From a virus, in the IMG/VR virus record IMGVR_UViG_3300047560_002412, positions 32,001 through 96,000 of that record: a stretch of DNA of 64,000 nt; one strand, written 5' to 3'. The notes beneath the pieces are model-generated. The model saw only the letters and a list, made by a program, of their open reading frames with translations, had not been told where the DNA came from and made no database searches. Of the stretch, positions 22,894-33,003 are shown in pieces. Position numbers and translations under genes: made by a program. Numbering within the stretch: position 1 is the first letter of the stretch; each line of letters begins with the position of its first letter.

Positions 22894-23607
22894 ATGAAAC
22901 GAGTTATTGAAATCCGTGCCGCAGAAGGTGGCGAAGACAGCAAGTTATTTGTCAGTGATCTTGCGTCTGCATATTCCAAATTAGGAAACAAACTGGGTTG
23001 AACTACCCGCCTGATAGATGTTCGTCCTGGCGAGTGTAGTTTACTAGTTGAGGGCAAAGATCTATCCGGCTTATACAATGAGCCCGGAGGTCATCGAATC
23101 CAGCGAGTTCCGCCAACGGAACGCAAGGGCCGAGTTCATACCAGCACCGTTACCGTCGCGGTCATAGACAGCGAGGATGCCTGGACAGCACCAACTATTG
23201 CTCAATCTGATTTAAAAATTGATTGGTATAGTGGTACTGGTGCTGGCGGACAATATCGGAACAAGCATCAAAATAGCTGCCGTATCACACACCTTCCTAC
23301 AGGTATCACAGCCAAAGCAGAATGTCGTAGCCGCCAAAATAGTTTGGATCAAGCCATGACTGCTATTCAAAATCAACTTGACAAAACCGCTAAAAGATCA
23401 TATAATAATAACATAGCGAACGATAGAAAGCGTCAAGTAGGATCAGGGATGCGAGGAGACAAAATTCGCACTTACAGATTCCAAGACGATTCTGTACAAG
23501 ATCACGTAACGGGCAAACGAGCAACCTGCTCACAGATTTTGAAAGGCAATTTAGATCTGTTATGGCAAAAGAAATTCCAGAACATCGAGACCAACTTGGC
23601 CGAGTAA
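22894..23607 (+). CDS. class-I peptide chain release factor homologue (RF1/PrfH-like, no domain 1) with in-frame TGA at codon 36
   Basis: TAAGGAG RBS; EIRAAEGGEDS, GGHRIQRVPPTERKGRVHTSTVTVAV, GAGGQ, RITHLPTGI, RGDKIRTY in one frame across TGA 22999-23001. Confidence 0.9.
23378..23406 (+). promoter_or_regulatory. sigma70 promoter internal to release-factor gene
   Basis: TTGACA-17-TATAAT. Confidence 0.75.
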
Positions 23608-23816
23608 TCAATATGGGCGACTGCGTTGCCTATCCACAGAGCAATAGTTTGGTTATAGGTGTTGTTCGTAAGATTAATCCAAAGATGATCGGTGTTCGCA
23701 GAATTGGTAAAAATGGTTGGGGCTCAGAGAAAAACAAATATCCTGTGGATTGCGTTAAACTCGACGGTCCCGAAGTTACTATGTTCATTATCAAGAATGC
23801 AGGTGAAGTAAAATGA
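23562..23816 (+). CDS. small SH3/KOW-like phage protein
   Basis: DQLGRVI..GDCVAY. Confidence 0.7.
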   Translation: MAKEIPEHRDQLGRVINMGDCVAYPQSNSLVIGVVRKINPKMIGVRRIGKNGWGSEKNKYPVDCVKLDGPEVTMFIIKNAGEVK

Positions 23817-23916
23817 GCGACGATAAAGTATTCTTTGGAACCATCCTAGCGATGTTTGCCTTAATGACTGGCAATCCGTTCATTGCTCTTTGTATTTTCA
23901 TTCTAGCGATAATGTA

Positions 23917-24126
23917 ATGAACGAACCATTATATTTGCCCTGTGGCGGAACAGCATACTTTGATCATTCTAGCGGTATTAGTTATCGCTGTGAGTGCGGT
24001 GCAGTTGTAGGCAGTATTGGTCAACCGCGTGAATGTGTTGAAGAAGCAAAAAAATATGAAGTCTGGCAACAGCTAGGTGGTAAAGGTTGGAACTATCAGA
24101 AAGGAGAACCCTATGCCCTGTCGTGA
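23917..24126 (+). CDS. small Cys-containing phage protein
   Basis: LPCGG...YRCECGAVVGSIGQP.EC. Confidence 0.7.
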   Translation: MNEPLYLPCGGTAYFDHSSGISYRCECGAVVGSIGQPRECVEEAKKYEVWQQLGGKGWNYQKGEPYALS

Positions 24127-24568
24127 TTATGAAAGTGATAATGGTTATAGTCGTGCTGAAGAATATAAAAAGCAATGTGATAAACTTGCTCGTATCGCTT
24201 GTGCGGCCATGGAAGAACTTGTTCGACAAGGCAAAGAGGATTTCCTTGTTCTTAAAAATCCAGAAGTTGCAGAATGGTGGGTAGCTCACGTTAAAGCCGA
24301 TCGTGCCGAAAAGGCCCGTGTTGCCGAAAAGGAACGTCAAGAACGTGTAAAAGCAGAAGCTCTTTCTCGTCTAACAGATGAAGAAAAGGAATTGCTGGGC
24401 TTGAAAAAATCGGCGGCCAAGAAGCACAAGAAGTTTCCATTGAGCAAAGAACTTGTTGAAATAGATTATGACATTGAATCTTTTAAAGAAGAATTAGACG
24501 AGTACCAAAAAATTTCTGAAGCCGATATTGAAAACTTGCACAACCTATTAAGGAAGCATAATATATGA
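24113..24568 (+). CDS. hypothetical phage protein
   Basis: AAGGAG RBS; MPCRDY...WW..H...D...AL..LT.EE..LLG. Confidence 0.75.
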   Translation: MPCRDYESDNGYSRAEEYKKQCDKLARIACAAMEELVRQGKEDFLVLKNPEVAEWWVAHVKADRAEKARVAEKERQERVKAEALSRLTDEEKELLGLKKSAAKKHKKFPLSKELVEIDYDIESFKEELDEYQKISEADIENLHNLLRKHNI

Positions 24569-25131
24569 ATCCCTGGATCCAAAATGTAGCACTTAGCGAC
24601 ATCCGCAAGGGGTTTCACATTGATGCGGGTCCAAATTCTATGTTGATCCAAATCTGTGATCCTCCTGGAGATTTTCCTACTCCGCTACACCAGTTCAAAG
24701 AAGTTCATCAATTCCAGTTTTTGGACGTTGAAGAAAAGGACGAAGTGATGGACGAGGAAATGCGTTGCTCACAAGAGCAGGCCAACGAGCTTGTTCGCCT
24801 GTTGCAACACGCATTGGAAAATCGTATGAACGTTGTTGTTCACTGCCACGCAGGCGTTTGCCGTAGCGGTGCTGTTTGCGAAGTTGGTGTTATGTTGGGC
24901 TTCCGTGATACTGAAGCATTTCGTAGCCCCAACCTGCTGGTCAAGCATCGTATGATGAAGGCCCTGGGTTGGACCTATGATGAGAATGAGCCGCACACTA
25001 TTAACGGTGTAACTCTACCTTCGGGCATCGTAGTTCCACCTAAGGCCATAGATTGGACCAACGACAACGAAAAGGTTTTTACATTGGCAGCTGAACGTCG
25101 ATTGCGTAGAGAACAAGGAGATGAGATATGA
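24565..25131 (+). CDS. tyrosine/dual-specificity phosphatase-like protein
   Basis: VVHCHAGVCRSGAV (CX5R). Confidence 0.88.
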   Translation: MNPWIQNVALSDIRKGFHIDAGPNSMLIQICDPPGDFPTPLHQFKEVHQFQFLDVEEKDEVMDEEMRCSQEQANELVRLLQHALENRMNVVVHCHAGVCRSGAVCEVGVMLGFRDTEAFRSPNLLVKHRMMKALGWTYDENEPHTINGVTLPSGIVVPPKAIDWTNDNEKVFTLAAERRLRREQGDEI

Positions 25132-25319
25132 TTTTGCTTCGTAAAGATATTGAAAAGATTTTAGGAATTTTAGATAAATTTCCTGAGGTCCAAGGTTTTG
25201 AATTAAATCAAGAACGATCGAGCGGAATTGGTAGTATTACCACAATGTCCTTCGCACACGAACACAACGGTGTAAAGGGCTGTCTTGAAGTAGAAATTTC
25301 CGGTGTGGAGGATTGGTAA
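25128..25319 (+). CDS. hypothetical protein
   Basis: SSGIG motif; GGAG RBS. Confidence 0.65.
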   Translation: MILLRKDIEKILGILDKFPEVQGFELNQERSSGIGSITTMSFAHEHNGVKGCLEVEISGVEDW

Positions 25320-25618
25320 TGGGTGATTATTCAGATGTTCCTACACACACTAAAGAAGCTCTAGAAAATTATTGGACTCATGGTTATGCTCCTGGCGGTT
25401 TCTTAAGCAGTCTACTTTGTGGGGATGTTTATTATGCTATCCGAAGAGCAGATCCTTGGAACAAAGCCGCACTAGGGCATGTTGTAGAATACATTATACA
25501 CAAGTCACCGCCAGGCAGTTATGGTAGTGAAGATCTATACCAAGATTGGATTAATCGAGGTGTGGCTTTTAAACAACACGAAAAAAATCGTGTACTTGAC
25601 TATTTGAGCAGAGAATAG
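25319..25618 (+). CDS. conserved phage protein
   Basis: HG..PGGFL..LL..D...A..RAD..N. Confidence 0.7.
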   Translation: MGDYSDVPTHTKEALENYWTHGYAPGGFLSSLLCGDVYYAIRRADPWNKAALGHVVEYIIHKSPPGSYGSEDLYQDWINRGVAFKQHEKNRVLDYLSRE

Positions 25619-25624
25619 TATAAT
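25596..25624 (+). promoter_or_regulatory. sigma70 promoter
   Basis: TTGACT-17-TATAAT. Confidence 0.75.
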
Positions 25625-25649
25625 ATGACTTCAATGAAAGGAGGGCAAA

Positions 25650-25883
25650 GTGAAGCTAATAAAATTAGATCGCAGACACAATCTGTATCACAAAGGCTAT
25701 CGCTATGCCTTTCTTGTGAACCGTTGGGACAGAGATTCTCATAAGGTTGAGCAGGCTGTGAAATCGTTAGAAGGCTGGCGTTGGGATTCTACCTTTTGGG
25801 GTAAACCTAAAGATGGCTCTAGACCTTACTACGTTGGAATGAAAAATGAATCAACAGCCACAATGGTTATGTTGAAACTTTAA
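25650..25883 (+). CDS. small phage protein (distant F.LRW-type)
   Basis: GGAGG RBS; MKLIKLDRR...KNESTATMVMLKL. Confidence 0.7.
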   Translation: MKLIKLDRRHNLYHKGYRYAFLVNRWDRDSHKVEQAVKSLEGWRWDSTFWGKPKDGSRPYYVGMKNESTATMVMLKL

Positions 25884-25897
25884 GAAAGGAGGGCACA

Positions 25898-26503
25898 ATG
25901 CCTAGTGTATTTTTAGTCAGCGACACGCACTTTGGTCACGCAGGTGTGTGCCGTTTTATGAGAGCCGATGGTGTAACAAAATTACGCCCTTGGGATGATC
26001 CGGAAGAAATGGATGAAGCTATGGTCAAGGCTTGGAACGAACGTGTCAGGCCTACTGACAAAGTTTATCACTTAGGAGATGCTGTTATTAATCGAAAGGC
26101 GTTAGGAACATTAAGGCGCTTAAACGGTGATAAAGTATTAATACGTGGAAACCACGATATCTTTAGAGACGACGAATATCGTATGTACTTTAGAGAATTA
26201 CGTGCATATCACGTTATGAACGGAATGATCTTGAGTCACATTCCAGTCCATCCAGAAAGTTTGGGCAGGTTTGGTGTTAACATTCACGGACACTTACACG
26301 CAAATCGTGTTAAGAAAATGCGTGGATTTGATGTGCGTACAGGAGAAATCTTGTACAGCGATGAAATTGATCCGCGGTATCATAACGTCTGCGTAGAAAC
26401 ATTGCCTGATTTTGCTCCAATGTTGTTTGAAGATGTTATCAAGCGCATTGAAGCAGAAGGCGGAAGTGTTGGATTTAGGAACGGAAACGGCCCGACAATG
26501 TGA
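25898..26503 (+). CDS. calcineurin-like phosphoesterase
   Basis: SDTHFGH, HLGD, GNHD, H.P, NIHGHLH. Confidence 0.92.
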   Translation: MPSVFLVSDTHFGHAGVCRFMRADGVTKLRPWDDPEEMDEAMVKAWNERVRPTDKVYHLGDAVINRKALGTLRRLNGDKVLIRGNHDIFRDDEYRMYFRELRAYHVMNGMILSHIPVHPESLGRFGVNIHGHLHANRVKKMRGFDVRTGEILYSDEIDPRYHNVCVETLPDFAPMLFEDVIKRIEAEGGSVGFRNGNGPTM

Positions 26504-26519
26504 CATTAACTACGTAGTT

Positions 26520-26548
26520 AATAGGACTCTTCGGAGTCCTATTTTTTT
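26520..26548 (+). terminator. rho-independent terminator
   Basis: AATAGGACTC-TTCG-GAGTCCTATT followed by T run. Confidence 0.9.
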
Positions 26549-26593
26549 GACTGGCATAAATATATGAGCTACTAAAATCCAGGAGTTTTTATA

Positions 26594-28108
26594 ATGCCTT
26601 TACAGATTAGAAGAGGGAATACCGCACAACGCCAGAATATTGTTCCCCAGGCTGGAGAGCTAGTTTACGATACCGATTTAGGTACAATTTATGTCGGAGA
26701 CGGTGAAACAGCTGGTGGTATTGCATCAGTTAATATCACACCTCGCGACGTAAGAGACCAAGCCGCAGGAATTTTTACAAGTGGGTCACATACAGGAATC
26801 TCGTTTACATATAACGGATCAGAAGGAACAATTGATGCAGTCGTAGACCCAGACTTATCTAATTATCAAGGTGTAATTAGAGCATCAGCATTCAATGGAA
26901 GTTTAGTTGCTGACGATAGCTCTTTACTAGTTGATGCACTACACGGATATATCAATTTAAATGGAACCGTTAAAAGTAACGTTGTTCCAGATTCCGATTC
27001 AGCATATGATATCGGTACATCAGGTTTAAGATTTAAAGACCTATATCTTTCAGGGTCTAGTTTACATTTAGGTAGTGCTACAATTACATCTGTTGGAAGT
27101 GCCGTTAATCTTCCAGCTGGATCAACCGTCGGCGGAGTTTCTATAGGATCGGGCGGAACAGGTGACGGTGTTGTATCTGGAATGAATTACAATATTAATA
27201 TTGTAGGTGATGATAGCACTTTAATTGTTAATGCAACAACAAAATCTGTATCAGCAGCAGGTGGTTTTACAGGAAATTTAACTGGTAATGTAACTGGAGA
27301 TCATACTGGATATGTTTACGGTGACGTTGAAGGAAATTTAACCGGTAATGTAACAGGTAATGTTCTTGGTGATACAACAGGCGACCATAAAGGAAACATT
27401 TTAGCTAATGATCTTACATCGGCTTATGATGCAGATACAAAAGCCTTTACAGGAAGTTTAACTGGTAATGTAACAGGTAATATCAACGGTGATGTAAGAA
27501 CAGCTACTATTAATGTAGCTGGAGCATATCTGACAATTGAAAATTCTACTAATACCTCTATTTCAACAATAAGAAGAAATATTCCAGAACCAGGAAATCA
27601 TACAGATGTTAACGCTATTACTGATGGTGTATATTCAACGGGTACGTCTTATTATATTTCTAGAGGAACACTAGGAACTCCAGCAGCAGTACACACCGCT
27701 GACAGACTTGTAGCAGACATTTATTTTGCACACGACGGCACAACGTATGTTCCGTCTTGTATTATGGGTATGGGTGTTGATCCATTTGCTTCTGTCACAA
27801 CAGGTGCTGTACCGGGTGGTATTAGCTTTACAGCTATTAGTGACGGAAACATTACACATTTAACCAAGACATTCTTAATGGATTCTAGAGGTTATATTGG
27901 AATCAATAACGGATTTAATCAACCGGGGGCAACATTAGATATTAATGGATTTGCTAAACTTGCTGTGCTGACCGCTGCACCAGCATCGCCTGCAGAAGGC
28001 ATGATTGCTATTGCAGACGGAACTACATGGGATCCTATGTCAACAGGTAAGAAAGTTGTGGTTGCATATCTAGGTGGTGGTTGGAGACAAATGGCTACTG
28101 CGCCTTAA
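26594..28108 (+). CDS. virion structural/tail-fibre-like protein (Mtd N-terminal-type motif)
   Basis: LQIRRGN.......P..GELVYDTD...YVGDG; TGN(L/V)TG repeats; TAAATA late motif upstream. Confidence 0.8.
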   Translation: MPLQIRRGNTAQRQNIVPQAGELVYDTDLGTIYVGDGETAGGIASVNITPRDVRDQAAGIFTSGSHTGISFTYNGSEGTIDAVVDPDLSNYQGVIRASAFNGSLVADDSSLLVDALHGYINLNGTVKSNVVPDSDSAYDIGTSGLRFKDLYLSGSSLHLGSATITSVGSAVNLPAGSTVGGVSIGSGGTGDGVVSGMNYNINIVGDDSTLIVNATTKSVSAAGGFTGNLTGNVTGDHTGYVYGDVEGNLTGNVTGNVLGDTTGDHKGNILANDLTSAYDADTKAFTGSLTGNVTGNINGDVRTATINVAGAYLTIENSTNTSISTIRRNIPEPGNHTDVNAITDGVYSTGTSYYISRGTLGTPAAVHTADRLVADIYFAHDGTTYVPSCIMGMGVDPFASVTTGAVPGGISFTAISDGNITHLTKTFLMDSRGYIGINNGFNQPGATLDINGFAKLAVLTAAPASPAEGMIAIADGTTWDPMSTGKKVVVAYLGGGWRQMATAP

Positions 28109-28124
28109 TTATTTTTACAATAAT

Positions 28125-28151
28125 AAAAAAGGAGCTTTGGGCTCCTTTTTT
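28125..28151. terminator. bidirectional terminator
   Basis: AAAAAAGGAGC-TTTGG-GCTCCTTTTTT between convergent genes. Confidence 0.85.
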
Positions 28152-28746
28152 ATTCTACATAACTAAATTCTAAAACAAAAACTATTCTTGGATTTTCACT
28201 ATGGTGTTCTGAAACGGTGTGCCAGGCCCTAGTTTCATGAAACAAAAGATCTCCTTCTTTGACATTTTGCCAGGAAATATTTTCTGGTTTTATTTCGTGA
28301 TTTCTAGCATGTGCCCAACCATCTTTAACTAATCCAAAATCTGCACTCCCAGGAGGAGCAAGTGGATAGAATACTGCCATTGCATGTGAATCAGGGTCAT
28401 GGTCGTGTACATTGCCAGAGCACCCTTTAAAAATTTTATTAGTCCATGCTCTATAATAAACAACGCCTGTGGCATTAGGATGACCAAAATAATCTGCAAC
28501 CTGCAGGGCCTGTTTTTCAAACCATTCTTTAAATAATTCTATTCCACTAACATCTTTAAATAAAAAATAATCTTTAAGTCTGAACGTACTAATGCCTACA
28601 CCATTTTGATCTTCTAAACAAGGGCATAGATTTGGATCTGAAAATAATTTATCAAGGCCTGATGTTATTGCATCCCCTTTATAAATGTTTTCATCATCGC
28701 AATGCGTTCTTGCTATTTTGTAATCAAATACTTGATATTTTTCCAT
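28150..28746 (-). CDS. 2OG-Fe(II) oxygenase-like protein
   Basis: W.N, HDH, AVFY, EGDLLFH...WH.V, R.V. Confidence 0.8.
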   Translation of the reverse strand: MEKYQVFDYKIARTHCDDENIYKGDAITSGLDKLFSDPNLCPCLEDQNGVGISTFRLKDYFLFKDVSGIELFKEWFEKQALQVADYFGHPNATGVVYYRAWTNKIFKGCSGNVHDHDPDSHAMAVFYPLAPPGSADFGLVKDGWAHARNHEIKPENISWQNVKEGDLLFHETRAWHTVSEHHSENPRIVFVLEFSYVE

Positions 28747-29309
28747 TATTGCCACCTAGGGTATTTGTTTATTTCTTCATAAAATTTATTAGGATATAGT
28801 TCCCATACCGTTTGATCTGTTCCACGATAGTGTAATTCTTTAGAACGTTTCATAACACCCTGGTGTTCTAATGCAGGGCCAAATATATTGTGTACTCTAC
28901 GCTGTGTACCTACTTTACTTTCATTAGAAGTAATGTATAAATTTGCCCAAGGTGGGCACCAGTTTATACAGGCGGGAATTAAAAATTGTGCCGTGGGGTT
29001 TTGATGTTTTGTAATAACTGAAATAGTACGTAAAGCATTTCCATATGCACCATCTAACTCATCTGTAAACACACAAGTACGAACAGCAATGCGATATGCG
29101 TCCTCTCCCATCTCAGGAAAAGAATGTGCGCCTACAGAGCCTACGGCCTTATTGTTGTAGTAAAGAATCCACACGCACCATTCTTTCTCTTTTGCTAAAC
29201 TATCTACCAACATCTTTTGGCTAGCATTATTTTCAAATCCTTTTGCAGCCGCAGTAGCATAAAATTCTGACAAGTCTAATTCAGGCGACCATGGTACTAC
29301 TTTATACAT
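28746..29309 (-). CDS. GNAT-like protein
   Basis: WILYYNNKAVGSVG...YRI..R pattern. Confidence 0.55.
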   Translation of the reverse strand: MYKVVPWSPELDLSEFYATAAAKGFENNASQKMLVDSLAKEKEWCVWILYYNNKAVGSVGAHSFPEMGEDAYRIAVRTCVFTDELDGAYGNALRTISVITKHQNPTAQFLIPACINWCPPWANLYITSNESKVGTQRRVHNIFGPALEHQGVMKRSKELHYRGTDQTVWELYPNKFYEEINKYPRWQ

Positions 29310-29983
29310 TTTGCTTTCTCAATAAAATCACTAGGATAATTAGTTCTAAAACTTTCCCAACATAGTTCAGTCATAGTATCAAAACTTTGAGGAGTGTTCC
29401 AGTCAATACCTAAATTTGTTATATGCTTACGCATTTCATCCTGGCGTGTAGAATATATGTGACTTTCTACATCTGCAATACTAAAATTAGGTTCAAACTC
29501 TTTATAAGCAAAAAAATAATTAATGCTTTTTAATTTTCCATTAACTATAAAATAGCTGCTAGGATGCATACTATATTTGTAGATCCCCAGTTTCCTGTGC
29601 GCTGAAATAATATTAAGCATTTGGTCTTGCCAGTCAGGCAAAACTTTATCAAAATTTTCTTGATTACAACCAGCTTGTTCCCAAAAGTCTGGGCCGTCAA
29701 TTTCTAAATATAGTTTACGTTTTTCTAAATCAATATTAATAATTTTAGGAACTAGGTCTGGATAGGAATTGCGCATCTGAGTTAGAAAATTTACTTCTCG
29801 TAACCATTTTTGTTCCATAAGAGAAGGATCAACAATTTGATTTTGACCTTTATGATATCCTGTATCATTGTAATACCACTGGACAAAAACTTTTTTGTCC
29901 TTTGATATAAGGCTAGTGTATATAAGATTATTCCTACAAAGGCCGTGCCCAGGAACATTGTTATAATAATATTCGTAGTTCAT
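29297..29983 (-). CDS. kinase-like (phosphotransferase fold) protein
   Basis: REV.FL....P..VP.I; G.YK.S.HPSS..I..G.LKSINYF. Confidence 0.6.
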   Translation of the reverse strand: MNYEYYYNNVPGHGLCRNNLIYTSLISKDKKVFVQWYYNDTGYHKGQNQIVDPSLMEQKWLREVNFLTQMRNSYPDLVPKIINIDLEKRKLYLEIDGPDFWEQAGCNQENFDKVLPDWQDQMLNIISAHRKLGIYKYSMHPSSYFIVNGKLKSINYFFAYKEFEPNFSIADVESHIYSTRQDEMRKHITNLGIDWNTPQSFDTMTELCWESFRTNYPSDFIEKAKCIK

Positions 29984-30483
29984 TAATCAAAAAATTCAGT
30001 GACCTGTAATACTAATCTCGGAGTGTATCCGATGTTGGATGATCCGTGATATGCTGCTTGGTCAACATATGCAAATACATCACCTGCTTTATAATCGGTA
30101 ATTAACTCGTTATTAACGATAAACACATGTCCAGGTTCATAGTCCGTCCAGGGCATCCAATACCGTACTACATTCTTTTCAACGTCAGGATCTTGGTGCA
30201 TATTCATATACTGAGACGGCAACATTTTTACCATCCACCAATAATATTCTTTACTTGTTAACCACGGTGGCACAATATCAAAAGGAACATCTGTATGTTT
30301 GAAGTACCAAAAATGCACAGCATTCATATCATATCCACATTCTGCAGCTCTTTTATAAACTCGTGTATGATATTCATCTACCGGACATGATGGGGGGCGA
30401 GCTTGACCTTGATTATTTTTAAAATATTCTAGCCATTCTGGTTGTATCCAATCTTTAAAATTACCAACAAATCTCAAATTCAT
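29983..30483 (-). CDS. 2OG-Fe(II) oxygenase-like (double-stranded beta-helix)
   Basis: MHQD, GHVF, H.SSNIG..PR..LQ. Confidence 0.75.
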   Translation of the reverse strand: MNLRFVGNFKDWIQPEWLEYFKNNQGQARPPSCPVDEYHTRVYKRAAECGYDMNAVHFWYFKHTDVPFDIVPPWLTSKEYYWWMVKMLPSQYMNMHQDPDVEKNVVRYWMPWTDYEPGHVFIVNNELITDYKAGDVFAYVDQAAYHGSSNIGYTPRLVLQVTEFFD

Positions 30484-30540
30484 ATAATATCCCCTGCTTC
30501 AGATATTTAGTTGGTGGTTAGTTGGTACAATAAATATTTC

Positions 30541-31344
30541 ATGATCAAAGGCATTAACAATCAACCTTATTTTAATCTAGAACAATATCTAGACATGGAT
30601 ACGTTTGATCAACTTCAACCAGAAATTTTAAGAGGCTTTGCTGAGGCAAGAGAATATGCTAAAGAAGGAACCTGGATGGCTCCCGGATTTACCTTTGAGA
30701 ATATGAGTTATCCTATTCACTGGAAGCCGGTATATCAGGCCATTCAAGAATTTTTAGCCCTGCCGGACAATGATCCTATCAAGCTAGGAGGCATTGACCT
30801 TTATCGAGATTTTGAAAATTTTGAAATACGAAATAAATTTACACGTTATGTTAAAATGGCTATGGGTGCTTATGATCCATACATTTATTATTTCCTGTGG
30901 GCACAAGGCGATTGGAACGACCGTACCGCTCCAAGAGCAATGACTCCCGAATCAAAATATTTTCCTAATGTAGTTAAGTGGGTTGAAAAAACTATAGAGG
31001 ATGGAATTTTTGAATATATCGGTCGTGTTATATTCTTTCATTGCGAAGCAGATGGAATTCCGTTTGAGCATCGAGACTTAGATGCTAAGAACGGTGTTAA
31101 TGTTGTTAAGCCACATCGCAACGAATTTATACACATTCGCCCTAATACAAAGAAAGCGTTCTACATCTGGGACCCAGAGAAGAAAAACAAAGTGTACCTA
31201 AACACTCGTGCTGCTTGGTGGAATGATGTAGACTGGCACGGCGGTGAACGTATTATGGAACAAAGCTACAGCCTACGTATTGATGGTAAGTTTACAGAAG
31301 ACTTCCGTAAGAAGTTAGGTATTGATCATTTAGACACATACTAA
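30541..31344 (+). CDS. 2OG-Fe(II) oxygenase-like protein
   Basis: EHRD, DWHGG, SLRIDG. Confidence 0.65.
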   Translation: MIKGINNQPYFNLEQYLDMDTFDQLQPEILRGFAEAREYAKEGTWMAPGFTFENMSYPIHWKPVYQAIQEFLALPDNDPIKLGGIDLYRDFENFEIRNKFTRYVKMAMGAYDPYIYYFLWAQGDWNDRTAPRAMTPESKYFPNVVKWVEKTIEDGIFEYIGRVIFFHCEADGIPFEHRDLDAKNGVNVVKPHRNEFIHIRPNTKKAFYIWDPEKKNKVYLNTRAAWWNDVDWHGGERIMEQSYSLRIDGKFTEDFRKKLGIDHLDTY

Positions 31345-31901
31345 TTGTGCGGATTCATTTTTCTAGCATAATCCATAATTTCTGGTGTTTTCTTTAAAAT
31401 AAATTCAACGCTAAAAATCTTTGGTATTGCTAACCAAGTATCGATAATCTGTAGTATTTCTGAAAAGGATGCTTTATATTTGTCATCAACAAATATAGGC
31501 CAAGAAGAATTTTCACAAAACGCTAATTTAAGATAGAAAATATTTGCAAATAACGGATTGTCTTCTAAGGCAATTTCTTTACAACGCTCTTGAAGATTAT
31601 GTTTATTTGTTCCGTAGTCTTTCCATATCTTTGCCCAATCGGCTGCAACAGATCCTATAACAATCATTGTTTTTACTTTATCATGTAAAGCATTAAGAAG
31701 ATCTAATTGAGCAGTTCCATCGTAGGCACAATTTACAAATATATCGCAACCAATAGAATCATTAATTACACGCTCTTGATCCGATACAATATTGTAACCG
31801 TTTGACCTTGACATTCCTGTAACTTCCCATCCTTTAGACAGGAAATGTTCATATATAATTTTTCCAATCCCACTAGTGTGACCAGTTACTATACATTTCA
31901 T
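31341..31901 (-). CDS. short-chain dehydrogenase/reductase
   Basis: VTGHTSGIG, VNCA, IGS, YGTNK. Confidence 0.85.
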   Translation of the reverse strand: MKCIVTGHTSGIGKIIYEHFLSKGWEVTGMSRSNGYNIVSDQERVINDSIGCDIFVNCAYDGTAQLDLLNALHDKVKTMIVIGSVAADWAKIWKDYGTNKHNLQERCKEIALEDNPLFANIFYLKLAFCENSSWPIFVDDKYKASFSEILQIIDTWLAIPKIFSVEFILKKTPEIMDYARKMNPHN

Positions 31902-32455
31902 CTTGCAGGTCCAAAAAAATGAAACATATATTTTTCTGTCATTCCGCAGTTTAATCCACCGTGCCACATTGTTCTACTTGGCCACTGATATACTGAACCT
32001 TGTTCTTGATTGCAATATGCAGCATCTTCAGTCATAAAAACATGACCCGGTTGTGATTTCATAATAAAACAACAATATCTGACCATGTTAGGTATTTGAT
32101 CAAATTCGTTTTCGTGGCTGCTGGTATCCCAATGCCAATGTGCCATGTTGCCGGGAGTGATTCTTGCTATCCATGCCGCAATTGCATCTGCTTTAACAAA
32201 GTCACAGAATTTAGAAACAACTTCGTTGTCAAATTGTTGTCCAGGAAAAAACATATCCCATCTATTTGTGCCACCTTCTTCTACGGTCTTAACTCCGGCA
32301 TTTTTCCACTTGGTCATCAGGTCTTCCATGCCAACAATTTCTAAAGGGTCAAGAACAGAATTATTAGGACCAGTATGTGCAGGTTCTGATTTTTTTAAAT
32401 CTTCAATGACGCTGTTCCAATCGATTAAATTGCCAGTGTTTCCTATATACTTCAT
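31898..32455 (-). CDS. 2OG-Fe(II) oxygenase-like protein (paralogue)
   Basis: PG..AHWHWD, GHVF, WHGGLNCG. Confidence 0.78.
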   Translation of the reverse strand: MKYIGNTGNLIDWNSVIEDLKKSEPAHTGPNNSVLDPLEIVGMEDLMTKWKNAGVKTVEEGGTNRWDMFFPGQQFDNEVVSKFCDFVKADAIAAWIARITPGNMAHWHWDTSSHENEFDQIPNMVRYCCFIMKSQPGHVFMTEDAAYCNQEQGSVYQWPSRTMWHGGLNCGMTEKYMFHFFGPAR

Positions 32456-33003
32456 CGCTTGACTCCAAAAAAGTTAAACAGATATTTTGGTGTCATTCCG
32501 CAATTGATACCACCGTGCCAACTTGTACGATCCGGCCATTGCCACACACTACCCTGTTCTTGAAAATATAAACATTCATCCTCGACCATAATAACATGTC
32601 CTACTTGAGGTTTACTTATATTACAGCTTATCCTTACCATGTTTGGCATTGCAGAATATTCTTTTTCGTTATCATTTGCATCCCAATGCCAAGGTGTTAA
32701 ACAACCAGGGTTTACTCTGCTGATCCAGCAGCTTATAGGGTTAACATTAACATAGTCGGAAAACAAATCAACAATGGATTGATTAAAATTTGTATGTGGG
32801 AAAAACATATCCCATCCTGCATTACCACCATCTTTAATTAATACAAAACCAGCGTCATTCCATTTTTTAGAAACATCACTAATACCCACAATGTCGTCAT
32901 CACCAGAATGTCGAGGACCCACATATCCCGGAGTTTGATCCGAAAGAGAATCTACAATAGATTGCCAATCAATGAGATTTCCAGTGTTTCCTATATATTT
33001 CAT
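32452..33003 (-). CDS. 2OG-Fe(II) oxygenase-like protein (paralogue)
   Basis: PG..TPWHWD, GHVI, WHGGINCG. Confidence 0.78.
   Translation of the reverse strand: MKYIGNTGNLIDWQSIVDSLSDQTPGYVGPRHSGDDDIVGISDVSKKWNDAGFVLIKDGGNAGWDMFFPHTNFNQSIVDLFSDYVNVNPISCWISRVNPGCLTPWHWDANDNEKEYSAMPNMVRISCNISKPQVGHVIMVEDECLYFQEQGSVWQWPDRTSWHGGINCGMTPKYLFNFFGVKR

Noticed and set aside
23344-23607. Stand-alone 87-aa ORF
   Set aside because: It is the C-terminus of the release-factor frame starting at 22894
26594-28108. Diversity-generating retroelement target (Mtd-like N-terminus)
   Set aside because: No reverse transcriptase or template/variable repeat in the window; internal repeats are ordinary TGNVTG fibre repeats
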